NCBI GenBank assembly: GCA_014383885.1
Contig: JACNGX010000031.1
Location: 1 to 32,683 of the forward strand
DNA from: Parcubacteria group bacterium
GTDB taxonomy: Bacteria; Patescibacteriota; Minisyncoccia; Phycocordibacterales; JACNGX01
Length of the DNA: 32,683 nucleotides
Direction: 5' to 3'
Below the pieces are notes generated by a model. The model was given only the letters and a program-made list of their open reading frames with translations. It was not told where the DNA came from and did no database searches. This document shows, piece by piece, positions 18,199 through 27,786 of the stretch. The translations under genes were made by a program, and so were the position numbers. Position 1 is the stretch's first letter, and each line of letters begins with the position of its first letter.

Positions 18199-19191
18199 TT
18201 ATACAATTTTCTTTGGTTCGTAATCTGCCGGGCGGTTTGCCAGATATTCTTCCAGTTTTTCGCGACTGAGGAGTCCTTCTTGGGCACCGATACTTTGAAC
18301 AACCGACATGGAATTGATTGGTCCCCATGCGAGTGCTTCGTCCACGGTTTTTCCGAGAGCGAGCGCCGAAGTGAAGGTGCTTGAGAATGAGTCACCGGCA
18401 CCGGTACGTTCATACGGCGGAGCAGGATCCGGATACGGCGGCATAAACCATACCGCTCCTTCTTCTGCCGCATAGGCGCCGCGCGGACCATCGGTAATCA
18501 CCGCAATATTGGGGCCAAGTGCGCGCATGTTTTGAGCGAGTTCTTCGGGCTTACTTTTTTCATCGCTGAGAATGAGTCGCGCTTCTTCCACATTACAAAA
18601 GAATACTTCTGTTTGCGCGTATAAGTCTTTTAGCTTTTCATGACCGAGCTTGATTTGAAACGTGCCCGGCTGAAATGCCATTTTTACGCTCGGATGCTCT
18701 TTGCAATATGTTGCAATCGCATGGTGATAGTCCATTGAATTTTCACCAACGGAAGAAAAGTACAACCACTTCGGCTCGCCAAAATCAGGAAGTGTATACT
18801 CATATTCCTCGTGTTTAATGAGAATGGTGCGCTCTGCTTTGTGCCAGAGCACATAGTGGTAGTTGCTTACTTTCCCGGGATGGACGGTGATAAAATCGGT
18901 TGCAACACCATTGCCACGAATTGTTTCTTCATCTTCTTTTCCATACATATCGTCGCCGAGATCGGTAACGAGTGCCGAACGCAAACCAAGGCGTGCGGCA
19001 GACACAGCGGCGTTTGCGCTGTTGCCCACGGCAGGGACAACGGTTGCCGATTCATACGGTATCTTTGAGCCATTGGTAAGACAAATCTTTTCTTCTTTAT
19101 CGTCTTCGTCGTAATAGACACTTGCGTGATTGATACGAATAAAGACATCAGTAACAGTGTCGCCGATTGCGACGAAATCGAATTGTTCCAT
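18199..19191 (-). CDS. PfkB-family carbohydrate kinase
   Basis: GNSANAAVSAARLG; NVEEA; ITDGPRGA; ERTGAGDSF. Confidence 0.92.
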   Translation of the reverse strand: MEQFDFVAIGDTVTDVFIRINHASVYYDEDDKEEKICLTNGSKIPYESATVVPAVGNSANAAVSAARLGLRSALVTDLGDDMYGKEDEETIRGNGVATDFITVHPGKVSNYHYVLWHKAERTILIKHEEYEYTLPDFGEPKWLYFSSVGENSMDYHHAIATYCKEHPSVKMAFQPGTFQIKLGHEKLKDLYAQTEVFFCNVEEARLILSDEKSKPEELAQNMRALGPNIAVITDGPRGAYAAEEGAVWFMPPYPDPAPPYERTGAGDSFSSTFTSALALGKTVDEALAWGPINSMSVVQSIGAQEGLLSREKLEEYLANRPADYEPKKIV

Positions 19192-19289
19192 AGTATATAA
19201 GGAAGGGATTAGTTTGTATAACCTCTCTATGGTATCATAAAGTAGCCTATATTGCAGAGTTTTATTTTTTAACCATTCATCGTTTGTCT

Positions 19290-20150
19290 ATGCTTTCACT
19301 CCGCGAAGCAATTCAGAAAGCCGAGAAAGAAGGTCGCGCCATCGGACACTTTAATATCACCACGATTGATATGGTGCACGCTATTGTGCGAGCAGCGCAA
19401 AAGGTGGGTGATCCGGTGATTATTGGCGTCTCCGAAGGGGAGCGGGATTTTTTTGGCGTGAGGCAAATTGCTGCCGTAGTGGAAAGCGTGCGAGAGGAGA
19501 CAAAACATCCGGTGTATCTCAATGCCGATCATACCTATTCTGTGGAACGGGTGAAAGAGGTGATTGATGCCGGGTTTGATGCGGTGATTTACGATGGCGC
19601 AAAACTCTCGCTTGATGAGAATATTGCCAATGGAAAAGCGTGTGTGGATTATGCTCGTGCATCAGGACGTGATGTGCTTATTGAGGGAGAACTTGGCTAT
19701 ATTGGCTCGTCGTCGAAGATGCTTGATGAGATTCCTGAGGGAGTGTCGCTTGAGCATTTGACGACACCTGAACAAGCGGCTCGCTATGCGAAAGAGACGG
19801 GCGCTGATTTGCTTTCCGCGGCGGTTGGGAATATTCATGGTATGTTGAAGCACGCCAAAAATCCGAACCTCAACATTGAGCGGATTAAAGAGGTGCGCGA
19901 AGCGGCGGGGATCCCGCTTGTGCTTCATGGTGGTTCGGGTGTGTCGGACGAAGACTTTATTGCAGCAATAAAGGCAGGGATTAGCACGGTACATGTGAGC
20001 ACGGAGCTTCGTCGTGCATATCGGAAAGAAATTCAGGAGACGCTCGTAGAAAATCCGGAAGAAGTCGCGCCATATCGCTATTTGCGCCCGGCAGGGGAAG
20101 CGGTGGAGAGAATTGTGGAAGAGAGGATGCGGTTGTTTGGAGGGAAGTAA
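19290..20150 (+). CDS. fba: class II fructose-bisphosphate aldolase
   Basis: AIGHFN, NADH, EGELG, AVGNIHG, LVLHGGSG. Confidence 0.9.
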   Translation: MLSLREAIQKAEKEGRAIGHFNITTIDMVHAIVRAAQKVGDPVIIGVSEGERDFFGVRQIAAVVESVREETKHPVYLNADHTYSVERVKEVIDAGFDAVIYDGAKLSLDENIANGKACVDYARASGRDVLIEGELGYIGSSSKMLDEIPEGVSLEHLTTPEQAARYAKETGADLLSAAVGNIHGMLKHAKNPNLNIERIKEVREAAGIPLVLHGGSGVSDEDFIAAIKAGISTVHVSTELRRAYRKEIQETLVENPEEVAPYRYLRPAGEAVERIVEERMRLFGGK

Positions 20151-20169
20151 AGAGTAAGAAGTTAAGAGT

Positions 20170-20262
20170 TGAGAGATGTGGTTGTTGGGGTGTGGTGAAA
20201 GAACAGCGAAGTTTTTAGTTGGTAGTTTTTAGTTTTTAGAAACGGCGCGCTAACGCGCGCCT
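20170..20262 (+). repeat. G/T-rich intergenic repeat, copy 1 (others 23074-23144 and 32034-32095)
   Basis: Shared gagagatgtggttgttggggtgtggtga and gaacag...gtttttagttggtagtttttagttttt. Confidence 0.8.
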
Positions 20263-20324
20263 TAAAGAAAAAAGCCGGCACTGGCGTGCCGGCTTCTGTG
20301 CCCCCAATGGTGTTTACTACCCCA

Positions 20325-20606
20325 CTACTCCTCAAGTAGGGAGAAGTCATTGTCCCCGTATGTAACTCCTGGGCTCCCATCCAGGAGAACCCAGACGACA
20401 GCCTCTCTGCAGTCGCCCAGGTAGGTGGCGTGCCTAACGCCTTTGACAGTACCTTTTTTCCGTATGCAGTTCACTCGAACTCGCATCCCGTATCGCAGGG
20501 ACACGCCTTCAGTGGTTTTGTATTTCCTGAGTGCCTCATCTGAGGCATCAAGAATTACTTTTTCCCCACTTCTTGTTCTTGCTTCGTACTCTTTTTTCAT
20601 TTCCAT
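20325..20606 (-). CDS. hypothetical protein (93 aa)
   Basis: AGGAG Shine-Dalgarno before ATG; hairpin downstream; no recognised family. Confidence 0.6.
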   Translation of the reverse strand: MEMKKEYEARTRSGEKVILDASDEALRKYKTTEGVSLRYGMRVRVNCIRKKGTVKGVRHATYLGDCREAVVWVLLDGSPGVTYGDNDFSLLEE

Positions 20607-20842
20607 TCTCCTTTTTTTGTTTTAGGTATTAGGTAAGTGCGTACTTGTGTGAAAACTGAAATCAACCTATCGCATACGGTTCATTTTGTCAACAATTGAC
20701 CCGCGTCTCAAAATGTGTACAATACTGGGCACTGATACATTGATATATCCTACCGTTTACATTTGTTGTTTTCGGTTCAGTATTTATTTTTATTGCTTTT
20801 TGTTTTAACGTTTAATTTTTTAATCTCCTAATCTCCTAACCT

Positions 20843-21490
20843 ATGACACTCACTCTTGAAGCAACTGCACGTCCGATGACACGTAAAGCTGAGGCACTCC
20901 GAAAGGAAGGGCGTGTACCGGCTGTTGTGTATGGTCCGAAGACGGAAAATATTCCTCTTTCCGTGGACGCACGCGCGTTTCAGAAGGTATGGAAGGAGGC
21001 CGGTGAAACGACCGTGATTGGCGTATCTGTTGATGATAAAACCATTGACGTGCTTGTGCAGGAAGTGGCGGTGCATCCGGTATCCGGTGATCCGATGCAC
21101 GCTGATTTTTATGCGGTGGATAAAACGAAGAAAGTGGAAGTGAATATTCCGCTTTCATTTGAAGGTGTGGCACCTGCGGTGAAAGACTTGGGTGGAACGC
21201 TTGTGAAGGTGCTTCATGAAATTACCGTGAGTGGTCTTCCCGGCAACCTTCCGAATGAGGTTGTTGTGGATACCGTGCTCTTGAAAGAACTCGATAGCGT
21301 GATTACTGTGAAAGATGTGGTATTGCCGGAAGGAGTCGTTGCGGCGATGCCTGAGGATGACGTGGTTGTATCCGTATCCGTGCAAGAAGAAGAGCCGGAA
21401 GAAACGACCGAGGAAGTGGATCTTGAATCCATTGAGGTAGAGCAGAAGGGTAAGAAAGAAGAGGGTGAGGGAGAAGAAAAGGGAGAATAG
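20843..21490 (+). CDS. rplY: 50S ribosomal protein L25 (Ctc-type, long form)
   Basis: LRKEGRVPAVVYG, HPVSG..HADFY, LP..I.VD, acidic tail. Confidence 0.96.
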   Translation: MTLTLEATARPMTRKAEALRKEGRVPAVVYGPKTENIPLSVDARAFQKVWKEAGETTVIGVSVDDKTIDVLVQEVAVHPVSGDPMHADFYAVDKTKKVEVNIPLSFEGVAPAVKDLGGTLVKVLHEITVSGLPGNLPNEVVVDTVLLKELDSVITVKDVVLPEGVVAAMPEDDVVVSVSVQEEEPEETTEEVDLESIEVEQKGKKEEGEGEEKGE

Positions 21491-21512
21491 GGAGTTGCGA
21501 GTTATGAATGCA

Positions 21513-21549
21513 AAAAAGCGGCGGCACCGAAGGTGCCGCCGCTTTGTAT
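21513..21549. repeat. 37-bp palindromic repeat, identical to 23183-23219
   Basis: aaaaagcggcggcaccgaaggtgccgccgctttgtat. Confidence 0.9.
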
Positions 21550-21617
21550 ATCCGCATGTTTTATGCACTCGTCAACTCTCCTTGTCGGTGTGCTTTTCTG
21601 GTACAATAAGGTGGTCT

Positions 21618-23054
21618 ATGAATATGAAGACACTCTGTTCTCTGCACGCCTCTCGGCTCTTTCTTGTGCTGGTGATTGCCGTGTTTGTTGGCGGCGTGTT
21701 TCTTGTGGGGTCTTCATTTGTGTTGGCTAATGATACAGACGCGCGACGTGCCGAGCTTGAAGCAGAGCTTGCCGAGGTACAGGCGGAGTACGATGCGCTG
21801 GAACGGCAGAAAAACGCACTGGAGCGCGAGAGTGTTTCCTATGAGCGTGATTTGGAGATTCTTAACTACCAAATCAATCAGGCGGCTGCAGTCATTCGTT
21901 CGCTGAATCTTGGTATTGAAGAGCTCAGTATTGATATCGATAAAAAAGAAGAAATCATCGGCTTACTCTCAAATAAGCTTTCGCGGCAAAAACGTTCGCT
22001 CGGTCAGCTTATCAAAAAGACAGATGAGCTTGATGCGTTTTCACTTGTGGAGGTGATGCTCTCCAATAAAAATATCTCTGAGTTCTTCATTGATCTGGAT
22101 TCGTTTGACGCGATTGAAAAGTCGCTCAATGAATCGTTTCGAGAAATTGAAACAACGAAAGATTTTACTCATGAGCAAAAGACCGCTCTTGAAAGTACGC
22201 TTGAAGAGCAGATTGAACTTCGCAATATGGAGCTGTTTGAGAAAGCACAGATTGATGAGAAACAAAAAGAAAAATCGGAACTTCTGAATCTGAAAGAAGA
22301 GGAGATTGATTCCTACGAATCAACACTGAAAGAAAAGGAGCGGACAATTGCCGAAATTAAAGCGGCGCTCTTCTCCCTTCGCGACTCTACCGATATTTCA
22401 TTCGGTGAGGCGGTTGAATTTGCCAAGACGGCTTCTGCAAAGACAGGTGTCCGTCCGGCGCTTATTCTTGCAATCTTCAAACGCGAATCGGATATGGGAA
22501 AGAATATCGGTACGTGTAATCGCCCGGGCGATTCACGTGATTGGAATGAAATCATGCCGGGTCCGGTGCATTACCGCAATTATGTTGCCAATGGCAAGTC
22601 CTGTATCGGTGCTGCTTCACCTTGTTCATGGCGCGACGACCAGACTACATTTCTTGATATAACAGACCGCCTTGGTATTGATCACAATTCTGTGCCGCTT
22701 TCGTGTCCGGCGGGAGCGAGTTTGTGGGGTGGCGCGATGGGTCCGGCGCAATTCATCCCAACGACTTGGAGCTTGCTTGAAGATCGTATAGGACAACTTA
22801 CAGGGCATACTCCGCCATCACCATGGGACCCGTATGATGCGTTTGTTGCCTCTGCCATGCTCCTGAAAGACAACGGTGCGACGAAATCATATTCAGGATG
22901 CAATCAGACGACCAGTGCGGAGAAATGCGCGGCATTGCGCTACTTTGCTGGTTGGGGTCAGCCGTATTCACTCGGCGAACTTTCATACGGAAATTATGTC
23001 ATGGAGTGGGCAGCCGAATACCAGAGCCAGATCGATATACTTGACGGTGAGTAG
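21618..23054 (+). CDS. secreted coiled-coil protein with C-terminal lytic transglycosylase (SLT/MltB-like) domain
   Basis: Signal/TM segment, long coiled coil, AIFKRES catalytic Glu, GAMGPAQFIPTTW, DA..ASA..L. Confidence 0.85.
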   Translation: MNMKTLCSLHASRLFLVLVIAVFVGGVFLVGSSFVLANDTDARRAELEAELAEVQAEYDALERQKNALERESVSYERDLEILNYQINQAAAVIRSLNLGIEELSIDIDKKEEIIGLLSNKLSRQKRSLGQLIKKTDELDAFSLVEVMLSNKNISEFFIDLDSFDAIEKSLNESFREIETTKDFTHEQKTALESTLEEQIELRNMELFEKAQIDEKQKEKSELLNLKEEEIDSYESTLKEKERTIAEIKAALFSLRDSTDISFGEAVEFAKTASAKTGVRPALILAIFKRESDMGKNIGTCNRPGDSRDWNEIMPGPVHYRNYVANGKSCIGAASPCSWRDDQTTFLDITDRLGIDHNSVPLSCPAGASLWGGAMGPAQFIPTTWSLLEDRIGQLTGHTPPSPWDPYDAFVASAMLLKDNGATKSYSGCNQTTSAEKCAALRYFAGWGQPYSLGELSYGNYVMEWAAEYQSQIDILDGE

Positions 23055-23347
23055 AGAGTTGAGAGTGAATGGCTGAGAGATGTGGTTGTTGGGGTGTGGT
23101 GAGAGAACAGGGGAAGTTTTTAGTCGGCAGTGTTTAGTTTTTGGTTAAGTGCGACTACGCCACGCTCTAAAGGAGAAGAAAGAAAAAGCGGCGGCACCGA
23201 AGGTGCCGCCGCTTTGTATCTATTTCTAAATCTTAATATGCCTGCCATCCCGCACTGTCGTTCAGATTTTGATTTTGTTTTGATCTTTGAAAAGATCCCG
23301 CATCAAGTGCAGGATGACAATGAAAAGGTGTTGTGCGCGCGGAGCGG

Positions 23348-23376
23348 TTGACTTTCTCTTCTTTTTCCTCTATACT
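23348..23376 (+). promoter_or_regulatory. sigma70 promoter of rpmE
   Basis: TTGACT-N17-TATACT, 11 nt before ATG. Confidence 0.7.
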
Positions 23377-23387
23377 CCTTTACACAT

Positions 23388-23612
23388 ATGAAGACAGACA
23401 TCCATCCTGATTTCCATACTGATACAAAGGCGAAGTGCTCATGTGGCGCGGAGTTTGTTGTTGGATCTACGAAAGATGCGATTTCCGTGGAGATTTGCAG
23501 TCAATGCCATCCGTTTTACACCGGAAAAGAGAAGGTGCTCGATACTGCCGGTCGCGTGGATAAATTCAAGCAGCGCATGGCTAAGGCCACTGCCAAGAAA
23601 GGTGCAAAATAA
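23388..23612 (+). CDS. rpmE: 50S ribosomal protein L31 (Zn-binding type)
   Basis: MKTDIHP, CSCG, CSQCHPFYTG, AGRVDKF. Confidence 0.98.
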   Translation: MKTDIHPDFHTDTKAKCSCGAEFVVGSTKDAISVEICSQCHPFYTGKEKVLDTAGRVDKFKQRMAKATAKKGAK

Positions 23613-23768
23613 CGTTGTACGAATACGAAATCGCGCTTTTCCTATGGGAAAAGCGCGATTTCGTCTGTATATCTGTATAGTAAGTATAATAACTCTTGCT
23701 AGGTTTAACCTAGAAAAATTATCCACATTTCTGTACCAAGGTTTAACCTTAATACAGAGTAAAGAGAT

Positions 23769-24740
23769 ATGGACAATACATTGCCACCAATTGAAGAGTT
23801 GAAAGAAAGTCAAAAAACTGCATTTCTTGCGAGCGAGCTTGAGCGTGTGGTAGGGGAGATAGAAAACACTCGGGCACTTGCTGAGGAAGACCCTGCTATG
23901 GCGGAGCTTGCCGAGAGTGAACTTTCCGACTTGGAAACACAGAAAAAAGGTATTGAAGAGCAAGTGAGGAGAATTGTGAAAGCCGAGCAAGAAGAAGAGC
24001 TCTTCCCCAATGAGCTTATTTTGGAAGTGCGTGCCGGTGCCGGTGGAGAAGAGGCGGCGCTCTTTGCCCAAGAACTTGCCGAGATGTATGAGAAATACGC
24101 CGAAGCGAAGGGTTGGCAATTTCGGAAGTTGGACATATCGGAAAGTGAGCTCGGCGGATATAAAGAAGGGACGTTTGAAATAAAAGGACTCAGCTGCTAT
24201 AAAGATTTACGGTATGAAATGGGCGTGCATCGTGTCCAGCGTATTCCGGCAACGGAAAAGCAGGGTCGTATTCATACCTCCACGGCATCGGTGGCAATTA
24301 TGCCGGTACGAAAAAAGACAACAATCGCAATTGACCCTTCAGAGCTTGATACTGAATTTTCTCGATCAGGTGGCGCCGGCGGACAAAATGTGAACAAGGT
24401 TGAAACGGCTGTGCGACTTATTCATAAACCAACCGGCATTGCGGTGCGGTGTCAATCCGAGCGGACACAGCAAAAGAATCGTGAGAAGGCGCTTGGTATG
24501 CTTAAAGCCCGTATTCAAGCGGAGAAGGACGAGGTAGACGCAAAACAGCATGCCGATACCCGTCGCGATCAGATCGGCACCGGTGATCGTTCTGAAAAAA
24601 TTCGTACCTATAATGTGCCGCAAAATCGCGTGACGGACCATCGTATTAAGGAATCCTGGCACAATATTGAAGGGATATTGGCAGGTGATTTGGACGATAT
24701 TGTAGAGGCGTTTCAATCAGTAGGGGAGCAGGCGAAATAA
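23769..24740 (+). CDS. prfA: peptide chain release factor 1 (short N-terminus)
   Basis: [12 protein letters not shown] (PxT motif), [17 protein letters not shown]. Confidence 0.95.
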   Translation: MDNTLPPIEELKESQKTAFLASELERVVGEIENTRALAEEDPAMAELAESELSDLETQKKGIEEQVRRIVKAEQEEELFPNELILEVRAGAGGEEAALFAQELAEMYEKYAEAKGWQFRKLDISESELGGYKEGTFEIKGLSCYKDLRYEMGVHRVQRIPATEKQGRIHTSTASVAIMPVRKKTTIAIDPSELDTEFSRSGGAGGQNVNKVETAVRLIHKPTGIAVRCQSERTQQKNREKALGMLKARIQAEKDEVDAKQHADTRRDQIGTGDRSEKIRTYNVPQNRVTDHRIKESWHNIEGILAGDLDDIVEAFQSVGEQAK

Positions 24741-24858
24741 CTATAAAAAGATGAGACACATAGGTAACACCCCTCATTCCAGGATGTAGAGTATGGTCGT
24801 GGTCATCTCGTACATTTGCTTGCACTTCTTACCAATATCTGCTATCATTTCACACCAT

Positions 24859-25599
24859 ATGAACGATACTGTAAGCATTTCCGATATGTTTAATGCAGGT
24901 GCCCATTTTGGGTACTCCAAGGCGCGTCGTCATCCTTCGATGAAAAAATTTATTTTCGGTGTGAAGAATAAGACGGAGGTTTTTGATCTTGAGAAAACTG
25001 TCGGTTGCCTTTCTGATGTTGAGACGTATATCGCCGAGCTTGCTGAAGGGGGGAAGAAGATTCTTTTTGTGGGAGGGAAGCCAGAGGCACGAAAAGCCAT
25101 TGAATTAGCCGGAACAACGCTTTCCATGCCGTATGTGGCATCGCGGTGGATCGGTGGCACCCTTACAAATTTTTCCGAAGTGAAAAAGCGTGTGGCGCGT
25201 TTGGAAGATCTCACCGAAAAGCGTGAAAAAGGTGAACTTTCCGTATATACCAAAAAAGAGCGTCTGCTCTTTGATCGTGAGATTGAAGATTTGGAAGCGC
25301 GTTTTGGCGGTCTGCGTGGTATGAGAGAGATGCCTGCCGCGATGTTTGTTGTTGATCCGAAAGCCGAAGAAATTGCCGTGCTTGAGGCAACGAAGAAGGG
25401 TATTCCGGTTGTTGCGCTCGCTTCGTCGGACTGTGATGCAAAGATGGTGAAGCGTGTGATTCCCGCAAATGATTCTTCACGAGGAAGTATTGAGCTTTTT
25501 GTGAATGAAATTGTTGAAGCATATAAAAGCGGACAAGGAAGGAAAAAAGAAGAGAAGACAGAAGAGAAGAAGAGTGAAGAAAAAACAGAGAGTAAGTAA
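24859..25599 (+). CDS. rpsB: 30S ribosomal protein S2
   Basis: AGAHFG, RWIGGTLTNF, IPAND; promoter TTGCAC-N17-TATCAT at 24820-24848. Confidence 0.97.
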   Translation: MNDTVSISDMFNAGAHFGYSKARRHPSMKKFIFGVKNKTEVFDLEKTVGCLSDVETYIAELAEGGKKILFVGGKPEARKAIELAGTTLSMPYVASRWIGGTLTNFSEVKKRVARLEDLTEKREKGELSVYTKKERLLFDREIEDLEARFGGLRGMREMPAAMFVVDPKAEEIAVLEATKKGIPVVALASSDCDAKMVKRVIPANDSSRGSIELFVNEIVEAYKSGQGRKKEEKTEEKKSEEKTESK

Positions 25600-25780
25600 T
25601 ACAATGGGTACGAAGTACGAATAAATACGAACATACGAACTCATTGTGTAGCGACAGACTCATTTTCTAAAGCAGTCCCCATCCTCGTATGTTCGACTGA
25701 CGCGTAGTTCGTAACCCCTTAATTCCCTCACTTACTTCCAGGATGATTTACTAAACTTCTAACATACTAACCTCCTATCT

Positions 25781-26368
25781 ATGGTAACCACAGACAGTAT
25801 TAAAGCATTGCGTGAAAAAACCGGTGTATCGGTGATGCAGTGTAAAAAAGCACTTGAAGAAGCGGGTGGCGACATGGAAAAAGCAACTATTCTTCTTCAC
25901 AAATTGAGTAGTGCAGCGGCCGAAAAGAAGGCAGGTCGTGAGCTTGGTGCCGGAACGGTAGCAAACTATACCCATACAAACGGAACAGTTGGCGCCATGG
26001 TGGAGCTTTTGTGTGAGACAGATTTTGTAGCAAAAAACGAGGAGTTTAAGGCGCTTGCATACGATATTGCCATGCATATTGCAGCGACAAACCCCGCATA
26101 TCTTTCCATGGATGACGTGACGGAAGAAGAACGCACGAAAGCACAAGAAGCGTTTAAGAAAGAGGTGGAAGAGTCTGATAAGCAGGAAGATATTAAGGAA
26201 AAAATGCTTGAAGGAAAGATTACAAATTACCTCAAAGAAAAAGTGCTTCTCGAACAGCCGTTCATCAAAGACCCGAATGTGACCATTGGCGGATTGGTTG
26301 ATGGTGCAGTACAGAAATTCGGAGAAAAGACACAAATCGGTCGTTTCGCACGATTCTCAATTGACTAA
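25781..26368 (+). CDS. tsf: elongation factor Ts (short form)
   Basis: IKALREKTGVSVMQCKKAL, ELLCETDFVA, LLEQPFIKD. Confidence 0.97.
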   Translation: MVTTDSIKALREKTGVSVMQCKKALEEAGGDMEKATILLHKLSSAAAEKKAGRELGAGTVANYTHTNGTVGAMVELLCETDFVAKNEEFKALAYDIAMHIAATNPAYLSMDDVTEEERTKAQEAFKKEVEESDKQEDIKEKMLEGKITNYLKEKVLLEQPFIKDPNVTIGGLVDGAVQKFGEKTQIGRFARFSID

Positions 26369-26398
26369 ACACGGTGTTCTCTTATTGAGAGACTCTCT

Positions 26399-26857
26399 AT
26401 GGATATCGTTCTCTTCATCGCTTTCATAACGGCATTTGCATGTGTGGGAGTCTGTGCCGCGCTTTTCTATCGCGGATGGGAATTGTCGCGTGAGGATATG
26501 CCCGAGCATATTCATACCCATCGTGTAGTGCGTACCTATGCCGAGGATAGCGTTGATCGGATGGTTACTGTCCTTAGAGTCGGTATTGCACGAATGTGGC
26601 GATCTCAGATTGTTCCCATGGGAACACGTGTGAAAAAATATGTTGTTCAGGTTGCTGCGAATTTTGCGCCAACAGCGTATCTTATACGAGTATATAGAGC
26701 AATCAGAGGCCTTCATGCGACACAAGGAGAAGAAGAGGATAAGTCATCATTTCTTCAAGAAGTGAACGCACATAAAAGTACTTCGGAAACACGTGATTTT
26801 TCTGTCGATGCTCAGGAACCAGCTCCTGACACAGAGAAAACAAAGACGCCGATGTAG
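26399..26857 (+). CDS. hypothetical membrane-anchored protein
   Basis: N-terminal TM; fills the tsf-tRNA gap; stop codon lies inside tRNA-Thr. Confidence 0.65.
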   Translation: MDIVLFIAFITAFACVGVCAALFYRGWELSREDMPEHIHTHRVVRTYAEDSVDRMVTVLRVGIARMWRSQIVPMGTRVKKYVVQVAANFAPTAYLIRVYRAIRGLHATQGEEEDKSSFLQEVNAHKSTSETRDFSVDAQEPAPDTEKTKTPM

Positions 26858-26920
26858 CTCAGTTGGTAGAGCAACGGTTTTGTAAACCGTCGGTCGTCGG
26901 TTCGAGTCCGACCATCGGCT
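26848..26920 (+). tRNA. tRNA-Thr (UGU)
   Basis: GCCGATG acceptor, ACGGT TT TGT AA ACCGT, GTCGG TTCGAGT CCGAC. Confidence 0.96.
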
Positions 26921-26930
26921 CAGTACACAA

Positions 26931-26961
26931 TTGTCATCCCGCATCAAGTGCGGGGTGACAA
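26931..26961. repeat. REP-like palindrome TGTCATCCCGCA...GACA (relatives at 23243-23320 and 31992-32016)
   Basis: ttgtcatcccgca-tcaag-tgcggggtgacaa. Confidence 0.75.
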
Positions 26962-27046
26962 AGGGTAGATAGAGTATCCGCTCCTTGTCTTCGTTGTTGT
27001 GGTACCAAAAAAGAAAAGCCCCGGAAGGGGCTTTTCTTTATGGGCT

Positions 27047-27757
27047 CTATTCTTCGCTGCTATTGTCATCAGTTGTTGTGGCAGTTTCCTCCTCAGCGGG
27101 GATTTTAAGTGATTCGGGAAGAAGACTTTCAATGACTTCTTTGCTTTGGAAGCCGGCAAAGACGGTATCGTTGAGAATGATCGCAGGCAACGTTTCGGCT
27201 GAAATATCATGCAATGCGACAAGTGTTTCCACTGCCGAGAGATCAATATGGTAATCAAACGCATACACACGTACGCCGGGATAGTGTTCGCGGAGGTAGG
27301 TCAGCACATATCCCTCCCTTTCACAATCAGCACAATCTCCTTCATTGGAATAAAAATAAAGAATGGAAACGGGCTCGTCGCCACAGGCACGACCGATTTT
27401 TTTCATGAGAAGGTAATCTTTAATCTGGAGGAGGGAGTAGTATTCTTTGAGCCGGATTACCTCTTCATCGTCCGAGCCACGACGCGCTTCCATGTAGGCG
27501 AGTCGGCTTGCGAGCGAATTGATTTCGCGGGAGAGAACGGAATTATCAATATCGTCGCAGGACACTTCTGCCAAAAGATCGAATTGTGTTTCGATAGAGA
27601 GGATATCAATGGAGATATTATCCTCAATAGACTTAATTTCACTCAAGCGGCGCTCTTGGAAGAGACCGGAAATCCACATGGCGATAATGAAAACAAGGAC
27701 TGTGATAAGAAGCGCAAGCGCGTATTTTTTCCAATCAATTATGCGAGAATGTTCCAT
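27047..27757 (-). CDS. membrane-anchored protein with C-terminal thioredoxin-like CxxC domain
   Basis: N-terminal TM, helical middle, ILYFYS...CADC...VRVYAFD...LPAIIL. Confidence 0.75.
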   Translation of the reverse strand: MEHSRIIDWKKYALALLITVLVFIIAMWISGLFQERRLSEIKSIEDNISIDILSIETQFDLLAEVSCDDIDNSVLSREINSLASRLAYMEARRGSDDEEVIRLKEYYSLLQIKDYLLMKKIGRACGDEPVSILYFYSNEGDCADCEREGYVLTYLREHYPGVRVYAFDYHIDLSAVETLVALHDISAETLPAIILNDTVFAGFQSKEVIESLLPESLKIPAEEETATTTDDNSSEE

Positions 27758-27786
27758 AGTGTTGGTATGCTAACATAAAGTGCTTT

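Noticed and set aside
23719-23727. oriC
   Set aside because: Single DnaA box, with no cluster, unwinding element or dnaA/dnaN nearby.
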